Assembly: GCA_041666745.1 (NCBI GenBank)
Contig: JBAYGI010000005.1
Location: 7,748 to 71,747 of the forward strand
Source of the DNA: Candidatus Magasanikiibacteriota bacterium
Lineage (GTDB): Bacteria > Patescibacteriota > Patescibacteriia > Magasanikbacterales > GWA2-37-8
Direction of reading: 5' to 3'
DNA: 64,000 nucleotides
Positions 57,607 through 64,000 of the stretch are shown piece by piece (position 1 is the stretch's first letter; each line of letters opens with the position of its first letter). A program made the position numbers and the translations under genes. The notes below the pieces were generated by a model. That model was not told the DNA's origin. It made no database searches and was given only the letters and a program-made list of their open reading frames with translations.

Positions 57607-57632
57607 GGATTCCCGCTTTCGCGGGAATGACA
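57607..57632 (-). repeat. TGTC-tagged palindromic repeat
   Basis: ggattcccgctttcgcgggaatgaca. Confidence 0.88.
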
Positions 57633-57633
57633 A

Positions 57634-58203
57634 TCACTTCGTGATTATCACTTTTGCTACTTTTACTATTTTATTTCCCATTTTATAACCTCCAGACACC
57701 TCTTTGATTATTTCGCCAGTTTCTTTTCCTTCCATTTCCTCCTCGCCTACACTTTCGTGCATAGCGGGATCAAATTTTTCACCAACTGTTTTTATTTCTT
57801 CAATACCATGACTTTTCAAAACATCTCCAAACTGTTTCATGATATATCCGATACCATCTGTCCAACTTTTTATTTGTTTGTGTTCTTCGTTGTCTGGTTG
57901 TAAAACCGGGTGGTGGAAAAAAGCGGTTTTGAAATTTTCATATACTGGAATAAAATCCTCCAAAATCATCACTTTACTCATTTGCGCCCATTCACCGCGA
58001 CGCTCACTGGTTTCTTTTTGTAAATTTTTGTAATCCGCCAAAGCGCGTTGCCAATCTTTTTTATATTCTTCCGCTTTGTTGTTATTTTCTTCGCAATTTT
58101 TACATTTCTTATTAAAAAACTTTGATTTTTCTTTTATATCTTCGCTCGGAATGACAACTTCTTCGTCTGGTTTTTCTTCTAATGGTTTTTGATCATCACT
58201 CAT
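57634..58203 (-). CDS. grpE: Nucleotide exchange factor GrpE
   Basis: RALADYKN, GEKFDPAMHE, GY.MG.K....AKV. Confidence 0.94.
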   Translation of the reverse strand: MSDDQKPLEEKPDEEVVIPSEDIKEKSKFFNKKCKNCEENNNKAEEYKKDWQRALADYKNLQKETSERRGEWAQMSKVMILEDFIPVYENFKTAFFHHPVLQPDNEEHKQIKSWTDGIGYIMKQFGDVLKSHGIEEIKTVGEKFDPAMHESVGEEEMEGKETGEIIKEVSGGYKMGNKIVKVAKVIITK

Positions 58204-58204
58204 A

Positions 58205-58885
58205 TTATTTTGTTAAAATAGTTTTTACCATTTCTAAAAGTGTATAATTGCGTTTGTAGTTGGTGCGTAATGGAGATAATAAAGTAACCAGACTGTTGCC
58301 AAATTTAAACGACGTGGCAGACAGCATACTTCCAAACGGATGTTCGTCACCAATAAAAATTTTTATTTCTTCAGATACTAAATTATAAAATTCCGGAATA
58401 CAATCTTCACATCGATCAAACACCTGTGAAATATCCCCTACCACACCAAGCTCTACAAATTCCGGCTTGGAAAATAAATTGGATAATCCGGTGTAATAAA
58501 TAGAATTTGGTGAAAAAGCAAAAATCACTGTTTCTTGAGTAATCACCGCCAACGATTTTGATAAATTTTTCTGAGCCTGAATTTTGTCTTCCAGAGCAAA
58601 AAAACTTTCCAAAGCATCTGCTTCTTTTTTGTTAATTTTTAATTTATCCCATTCTATTTTTTCCAAATAATATTTATAACCCTTTTCGGTAGGAATACGA
58701 CCGGCACTGGTATGAGGATGAGTAAGATAACCCACTTCCTCAAGCTCGCGAAGTTCATTGCGTACAGTAGCTTCACTCAAATCCAGCTCGGCATCCGATA
58801 CCAAAAACTTAGACCCGATTGGTTGGGCGGTATCAATGTATTTTTCAATAACCAAGGTGAGTAGTTGTTCTTGACGAGGGTTCAT
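58205..58885 (-). CDS. hrcA: Heat-inducible repressor HrcA (short form)
   Basis: MNPRQ..L..VIE.YI..AQPIGSK, SEATVRNE..LE..GYL.HPHTSAGRIPT; start at 58885 just after CIRCE. Confidence 0.92.
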   Translation of the reverse strand: MNPRQEQLLTLVIEKYIDTAQPIGSKFLVSDAELDLSEATVRNELRELEEVGYLTHPHTSAGRIPTEKGYKYYLEKIEWDKLKINKKEADALESFFALEDKIQAQKNLSKSLAVITQETVIFAFSPNSIYYTGLSNLFSKPEFVELGVVGDISQVFDRCEDCIPEFYNLVSEEIKIFIGDEHPFGSMLSATSFKFGNSLVTLLSPLRTNYKRNYTLLEMVKTILTK

Positions 58886-58886
58886 A

Positions 58887-58913
58887 TTAGCACTCAAACT
58901 ATACGAGTGATAA
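58887..58913 (-). promoter_or_regulatory. CIRCE operator
   Basis: TTAGCACTC-N9-GAGTGATAA, one mismatch to the consensus TTAGCACTC-N9-GAGTGCTAA. Confidence 0.93.
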
Positions 58914-58940
58914 TATACCACCCCCAAAATTAGCTGTCAA
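58912..58940 (-). promoter_or_regulatory. Sigma70 promoter of the hrcA operon
   Basis: TTGACA-17 nt-TATATT with TG extension, abutting CIRCE. Confidence 0.75.
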
Positions 58941-59011
58941 GGGTAAAAACTTATCCACACGCGTTCGGGCTGGACTATTGCTAAAAATCCCAAACCATGC
59001 TTTAATATGGC

Positions 59012-59230
59012 CTATCTGCGACTGGAATGAATGGAGGCTCACAAGTGTCCAACCTAGACGCTTTTGCGCTTATGGAGCGGTACCACTTTGTCCGGCGGCA
59101 CCATGACAGAACGCGCAAGACTCTAGGTTATACTGGAGTACAACGATTCTTACCCAGTAGACAGATCCTGGACGGTTCCATGTTACTTCACGCGTCTGTC
59201 AGGCGCGAAAAAGTACGGGGACCGTCCAGG
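59012..59230 (+). ncRNA. Candidate structured ncRNA (rod-shaped, possibly 6S-like)
   Basis: Promoter TTGCTA-17-TTTAAT (58978-59006); nested pairings atctg/cagat, actgg/ccagt, aacctaga/tctaggtt, ttgcgc/gcgcaa; second hairpin cctggacggt/accgtccagg; terminator 59247-59279. Confidence 0.5.
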
Positions 59231-59246
59231 CCCCCATACTAAAATC

Positions 59247-59279
59247 AAAATACCAACTAAATTAGTTGGTATTTTTTTT
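59247..59279 (+). terminator. Intrinsic terminator
   Basis: aaaataccaactaa-a-ttagttggtatttttttt. Confidence 0.75.
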
Positions 59280-59349
59280 AGATCCCCGTTTTCACGGGGA
59301 TGACAATTCTTTATGTTGGGAATGACATTTCTTTATTTTGGGGATGACA
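59280..59349 (-). repeat. Palindromic repeat plus two half-copies
   Basis: 59280-59305 is identical to 57010-57035; gggaatgaca and ggggatgaca remnants follow. Confidence 0.85.
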
Positions 59350-59353
59350 TTTG

Positions 59354-59923
59354 TTATTTTATCGTCTGAACTTCATGTAAAAGTACATTTTCTACATATA
59401 TACCACGGGCATAAAAGATCCGTTCTAATTCGTTTTTTAGCTCCATTTCTACCGCATCACGTTTGGTGCTAGTGATTTCCTGTAAAGCAAATTTGCTAAA
59501 TACCATACGCACCCGACTACGAATGGTTGGACGGATAATCTTGGCTACAAAATCTTCGCCAATCTGTTGCCAAATCGAAGGAATCTGGTGAACATCCAAA
59601 CGCAACAATATTGTCCCCTCTACTGCCACACGTAGACCATCTTGAGTCAAGGCGGCAATTGGAATATCCCCCAAAGCCTTTTCATTTTCAACACCAAACT
59701 GGCGACTGATAGTATATTCCAAAGTTTGAACATTAAACAACTTGGCCTTTTGCCAAAACGGAATTTTGAGATGTAGTCCAGGGGTCAGTACTTTTTTCAA
59801 TACTCCCCGTCCCAGATCATAAACACAGGCCACATAACCGGGTGGAACCGAAATAAAAAACCCCTTCAAAACATCATCCATTACAAATGAATACATCAAT
59901 TTGTCCAAAGAATCTCCAGCCAT
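59354..59923 (-). CDS. SPFH/prohibitin domain protein (short)
   Basis: VPPGYV....LG.GV....L.PGLHLKIPFWQ, TQDG, IIRP.IRS.VR. Confidence 0.85.
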   Translation of the reverse strand: MAGDSLDKLMYSFVMDDVLKGFFISVPPGYVACVYDLGRGVLKKVLTPGLHLKIPFWQKAKLFNVQTLEYTISRQFGVENEKALGDIPIAALTQDGLRVAVEGTILLRLDVHQIPSIWQQIGEDFVAKIIRPTIRSRVRMVFSKFALQEITSTKRDAVEMELKNELERIFYARGIYVENVLLHEVQTIK

Positions 59924-59933
59924 ATATAAATAA

Positions 59934-60632
59934 TTAGTTTTTACTTTTTCTAAACGGTAAAGTTAATAGATGAATTATATCGGAAAATAGCATAGAAGTC
60001 AAAATAAACAACGACTTCACCATCGGCAATACCCACAAGATACCAAAAGTAAACAAGGGGAAAACAAACAAAAATACCACCTGACTGGATTGCCATTTTT
60101 TCTGACCACGATTTTCCAAAATAATAGAAAAAAATAAATAAATCGCTGTTATACCGGACCAAACCCAATCGTGTAATTTACCAATTTCAAAACCATAAAA
60201 AAGTGTATTTACTTTCCCAGGAAAATCTATCCATGAATACAATATCTTGGCCATTTTTTCACCGGTGATACCACGCACAAATACCTGATAAAGCAAAACC
60301 AACACCAACAACTGAATAAGCAGGGTGAGGGTTTTTGCCCAAGGAGAAATACGATTCTTTTTCATTATTTTGCGAATTTCTTCTTGTTGAGCGACATGAT
60401 CATGGCGAAAAGCTTTGGCGGCCAGCGTAGCTTCGGCTTCGGCTTTTTCTTGTTTGCTACTATTGCTTTCAGAAATAATGGTGAGAGGTAACAAAACAAT
60501 ACGCAAAAAAACAGTCAGCCAAACTACCGCCCAACCCAAATTGTGGTCAGTGAGATTGCTATAAATCCAAATCAAAGCGTTAAACAACGGTATCAGCAGA
60601 TATTGGTTCCAAATTAGTGAGAGTATTGCCAT
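59934..60632 (-). CDS. yidC: Membrane protein insertase YidC/Oxa1 family
   Basis: NLGWAVVWLTV.LRIVLLPL, QQEE...MKK..ISP, LLIQL.VL..LYQVF. Confidence 0.8.
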   Translation of the reverse strand: MAILSLIWNQYLLIPLFNALIWIYSNLTDHNLGWAVVWLTVFLRIVLLPLTIISESNSSKQEKAEAEATLAAKAFRHDHVAQQEEIRKIMKKNRISPWAKTLTLLIQLLVLVLLYQVFVRGITGEKMAKILYSWIDFPGKVNTLFYGFEIGKLHDWVWSGITAIYLFFSIILENRGQKKWQSSQVVFLFVFPLFTFGILWVLPMVKSLFILTSMLFSDIIHLLTLPFRKSKN

Positions 60633-60678
60633 AGTTATTAAATATATAATAGCACAAATTCAGTTTATAGGCAACAAA

Positions 60679-60710
60679 AAAACCGCCCTCCACTAGGGAA
60701 AGACGGTTTT
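60679..60710 (-). terminator. Terminator-like hairpin
   Basis: aaaccgccctcc..ggaaagacggtttt. Confidence 0.5.
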
Positions 60711-60724
60711 AAAAATTTTGGGCT

Positions 60725-61483
60725 TTAAACTACTCTCGGCTGTTCGCTCTGCACAAACTTCTTGATATCTGAAATAGTGCTCATCATTTGAGCTGGAAAT
60801 ATAATAGTGGAATTTTTCTCAACACTAATCTCTGCCATTGTTTGTAAGTTTCTTAGCTGTAAAGCTATTGGGTGAGCCGCTATAATATCCGCGGCATCAG
60901 CCAATTTTTGAGCAGATAAAAATTCACCTTCGGCGGCGATAATTTTGGCGCGCTTTTCTCGTTCCGCTTCGGCCTGTTTGGCCATTGCTCTTTGCATACT
61001 CTCTGGCAGTTCGATATCTTTTATCTCTACTACTGATACCAAAACTCCCCAAGCTTCAGTATGAGCATCCAACACAGCTGCAATTTCTTTGTTGATAGCT
61101 TCACGTTCACTCAAAATTTCATCCAATTGAAAACGTCCGACAATATTTCGCACTGATGTTTGCGCGATTTGGTTGATTGCTGACATCACATTTTCAATAG
61201 CCACAATACTTTTCACTCCATCGACTACTTTGTAATAGGCTACCGCGGATACATCTACTGACACATTATCCTTGGTAATAATTTTTTGTGGTGAAATTGG
61301 CAAAGTTATAACTCGAAAATCCACTTTGCGAACTTGGTCAATAAATGGAATAACCCAATTTAGACCCGGCTCTTTGGTGGTGATGATCTTTCCCAAACGA
61401 AATACTACTCCTTTTTCGTATTGTTGAATAATACGCAATCCGGCCAAGATTATGGCCACTACTACGGCTATTGCTTGATACAT
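60725..61483 (-). CDS. Stomatin/slipin SPFH protein
   Basis: [55 protein letters not shown]. Confidence 0.93.
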   Translation of the reverse strand: MYQAIAVVVAIILAGLRIIQQYEKGVVFRLGKIITTKEPGLNWVIPFIDQVRKVDFRVITLPISPQKIITKDNVSVDVSAVAYYKVVDGVKSIVAIENVMSAINQIAQTSVRNIVGRFQLDEILSEREAINKEIAAVLDAHTEAWGVLVSVVEIKDIELPESMQRAMAKQAEAEREKRAKIIAAEGEFLSAQKLADAADIIAAHPIALQLRNLQTMAEISVEKNSTIIFPAQMMSTISDIKKFVQSEQPRVV

Positions 61484-61553
61484 AGATGTAGATAAATTAA
61501 ATAACTTAATGATTCTAGCCTACGCCAGAGTGGTTGTTTTGTCAAAGGACACA

Positions 61554-61582
61554 TTGACTAAACCGCTTTTTTCTGGTATAAT
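61554..61582 (+). promoter_or_regulatory. Sigma70 promoter of the ABC-F gene
   Basis: TTGACT-17 nt-TATAAT with TG extension. Confidence 0.75.
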
Positions 61583-61596
61583 CGGCTTTTGAAACT

Positions 61597-61622
61597 AGAT
61601 TCCCGCCTTCGCGGGAATGACA
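61597..61622 (-). repeat. TGTC-tagged palindromic repeat in the ABC-F 5' UTR
   Basis: agattcccgccttcgcgggaatgaca. Confidence 0.88.
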
Positions 61623-61632
61623 TGATAAAAAT

Positions 61633-63093
61633 ATGGATCACGGCGATGTCATTGTCCGTTTTGACAATGTAACATTTTATTATGATGAAAATAAAACACT
61701 TTTAGAAGAAGCGAGTTTTTCGGTGCGTGAAAATGCCAAAATTACTATCATGGGACAAAATGGCGCCGGCAAAAGTACAATTTTCAAAATGATTACCGGC
61801 GAACTAAAACCGATAAGTGGCCATGTTCATCTGGGTTTAGGCGCGACTATCGCTATCGCCACCCAAGTAATGAAACAAGAAAATTTGGAAAAAACTATAG
61901 AAGAATTTTTTTCGGCGGCGTTTGATAAAAAAATGTACGATCTACCAAAACGCATCAAAGATGTTTTGGCCGTTGTTCACATGGATGCACCACTCAATAA
62001 AAAAATAAAAAAATATTCAGGTGGACAACAAGCTCGTTTGCTCTTGGCGTACGCGTTGATTCAACAACCGGATATTTTATTACTTGATGAACCGACCAAC
62101 AATTTGGATGTCGATGGTATTTGTCATCTCACAAAATTTTTAATGGAATATCCAAAAACTTGTTTAGTAATTTCCCACGATGCCAATTTTTTAAATGCTT
62201 TTACTGAAGGAATTTTGTATTTAGATTCTTATACCAAAAAAGTAGAACAATACGTTGGCGACTATTATGTAGCGCTCGAAGAAATAGAAGCCCAGATCGA
62301 ACGCGAACGCGCCAAAAATGCTCAACTGCAAAGAAGTATTCAAGATAGAAAAGATAAAATAAATTTCTTTTCCCACAAAGGTGGCAAGATGCGTGCCTTG
62401 GCCAGCAAACTGCGCGATCAGGTGGAAGAAGCCGAAGAAAATATGGTCGAGGAACGTCGAGAAGACAAAACTATTACAGAATTTAATATCCCCACTCAAA
62501 CTGAAATTGTTGGTCCGGTAGTGGAAATAAATTCAGTCGGTGTAATGATCAACTACGAACCGGTACGTAAAAAATTGTTATCCCCGGTTTCTTTACGCAA
62601 AAAACAAAAATTATTAATTAGTGGCCCAAACGGAATCGGAAAAAGCACACTATTGCGAGCGCTGGCCAGCAACAAAGAAGCTGGGGCGACAATCAGCAAA
62701 GATGTGAAAATCGGATATTATCGCCAAGATTTTTCCGGTCTAGATTTTGACAAAACCGGTTATCAGGCATTAGCGGATATGATGGATGATCCTTGGAATC
62801 AAGAAATTTATGCCACGGCCTCTAGATTTTTATTGTCTTCTGATATTTTAAAAAATAAAATCGGTTCATTGTCTGAAGGACAAAAAGGTTTACTTTGTTA
62901 CGCTCAATTTGTTTTGCAAAAACCCGGACTGTTGATCATGGACGAACCTACCAACCACATCAACTTCCGCCACTTGCCAATCATCGCCAAAGCACTGGAT
63001 GAATTTGAGGGGGCGGTAATTTTGGTCAGTCACGCTTATGAATTTGTTGATCAAATCAAAATCGATCAAACTCTAGATCTTAGTTTGTTGTAA
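61633..63093 (+). CDS. ABC-F family ribosome-associated ATPase
   Basis: Two NBDs (GQNGAGKST, GPNGIGKST, LDEPTNNLD, MDEPTNH), no TM domain. Confidence 0.92.
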   Translation: MDHGDVIVRFDNVTFYYDENKTLLEEASFSVRENAKITIMGQNGAGKSTIFKMITGELKPISGHVHLGLGATIAIATQVMKQENLEKTIEEFFSAAFDKKMYDLPKRIKDVLAVVHMDAPLNKKIKKYSGGQQARLLLAYALIQQPDILLLDEPTNNLDVDGICHLTKFLMEYPKTCLVISHDANFLNAFTEGILYLDSYTKKVEQYVGDYYVALEEIEAQIERERAKNAQLQRSIQDRKDKINFFSHKGGKMRALASKLRDQVEEAEENMVEERREDKTITEFNIPTQTEIVGPVVEINSVGVMINYEPVRKKLLSPVSLRKKQKLLISGPNGIGKSTLLRALASNKEAGATISKDVKIGYYRQDFSGLDFDKTGYQALADMMDDPWNQEIYATASRFLLSSDILKNKIGSLSEGQKGLLCYAQFVLQKPGLLIMDEPTNHINFRHLPIIAKALDEFEGAVILVSHAYEFVDQIKIDQTLDLSLL

Positions 63094-63163
63094 AATCACA
63101 TCCGGCTTTTACTAAATTCAAAAAAGGTGTTAAAATATAGCCAATAAATTTTAACACCTTTTT

Positions 63164-63643
63164 ATGTTACAAAAAATTCGCGGATTTTTTCTTCGTTTCG
63201 TAGATATAAAAAAATCGCTCAAAATCGCGATCATAATCATCGGGCTGATTGGTTTGACCGACGCCTCATATCTGACCTATACCCATTTCAGCAACAACAA
63301 AATCAATTGCTTTACCGAAACTCAAAAAGTGAATTCCTGCCAGGTGGTAGCCGATAGCGCTTATTCCACTATACTTGGCGTCCCTATTTCTTTGATCGGC
63401 ATGTGTTTTTATTTGGTGGTTATCGCTATTGGAGCAATCAGTTTTCAAAAAGATTTTACTTTTTTGTTAAATCTTTTATTGCCATTTTCAATCATCGCCG
63501 TGTTGTTCAGTATGCGACTTATTTATTTACAAGTTTATATCATTGGCTACATCTGTTATTACTGCCTACTATCCGCCGCTTTATCCTGTACTCTGTTGGG
63601 CATCTCTTGGAAAATTTATAATAAAATCAGTGTTCCAAACTAA
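63164..63643 (+). CDS. Vitamin K epoxide reductase (VKOR) family protein
   Basis: YLTY.H..C..SC..V..S.YS..LG.P, C-terminal ICYYC (CxxC). Confidence 0.9.
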   Translation: MLQKIRGFFLRFVDIKKSLKIAIIIIGLIGLTDASYLTYTHFSNNKINCFTETQKVNSCQVVADSAYSTILGVPISLIGMCFYLVVIAIGAISFQKDFTFLLNLLLPFSIIAVLFSMRLIYLQVYIIGYICYYCLLSAALSCTLLGISWKIYNKISVPN

Positions 63644-64000
63644 ACCTTCTTTTGAGCGCACTCGCGCTTGGGAATTTTTTCAGTGATCTTGGAAACAAGT
63701 TTGTATTTTTCGCAATACTCCATTACCGCTTCAAGAAAAATATTACCATATTTGGACAGTTTGATATCTCCAAATCCGGAAATTTTTCGCACTTCTTCCA
63801 TTGTTTGTGGTAAATATGTCGCCAACTCCAACAAGGTAGCATCAGAAAAAATAAGATAGGCCGGCACATTTTCTTTTTGCGCGATATCAATACGCACCAG
63901 TTTGAGTTTGAGAAACAAAGCTTTTTCATAGGGCAGATCAGACAAAGCCACCTCCGCTTTGTCCACCATTTTAACTAGAAAAACTTTTTCTTTTCCCGAA
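63640..64000 (-). CDS. recQ: C-terminal HRDC domain of a RecQ-like helicase (5' end beyond window)
   Basis: LF.KLK..R..IA..ENVPAYLIFSDATL.ELA...P..ISGFG..K..KYG..FL. Confidence 0.85.
   Translation of the reverse strand, partial: SGKEKVFLVKMVDKAEVALSDLPYEKALFLKLKLVRIDIAQKENVPAYLIFSDATLLELATYLPQTMEEVRKISGFGDIKLSKYGNIFLEAVMEYCEKYKLVSKITEKIPKRECAQKKV

Noticed and set aside
58144-58156. Palindromic-repeat remnant (ggaatgaca) inside grpE
   Set aside because: Only a short half-site match; could be chance.
59027-59242. 71-aa protein-coding ORF
   Set aside because: No recognisable protein features; extensive nested base pairing favours a structured RNA, though coding is not excluded.

Overview
AT-rich bacterial chromosome segment using the standard genetic code. 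Gene content and style (type IV pilus PilT, short HrcA, giant secreted fibre proteins, short intergenic regions) suggest a Patescibacteria/CPR genome, possibly Magasanikbacteria-like; this is an inference. The backbone holds housekeeping genes (ftsEX, murE/G/A, rpoD, intein-containing dnaG, CCA-adding enzyme, pyrG, rplI, era, rnhA, hrcA-grpE-hsp20-dnaK-dnaJ, yidC, recQ end) and five tRNAs. Accessory highlights: (1) a ~7.4 kb element integrated at the 3' end of tRNA-Pro (large serine recombinase, HUH rolling-circle Rep, TrmB regulator, ABC importer). Its att core lies inside the recombinase gene, so excision would fuse an in-frame 22-aa C-terminal tail onto the enzyme. (2) A ~180 bp gene-less mini-element behind tRNA-Lys built from inverted and direct copies of the tRNA 3' end. 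(3) A GIY-YIG nuclease flanked by inverted TGTC-tagged palindromic repeats that also bracket an AT-rich orphan-gene cassette inside the heat-shock operon. (4) A WxL/DUF916-like surface cluster with a giant phage-fibre-like protein. (5) A high-GC two-gene SPFH island, a candidate rod-shaped ncRNA, a translin/TRAX homologue, and two pseudogenes (HEPN toxin, ECF sigma). All calls come from reading motifs by eye; no database searches were run.
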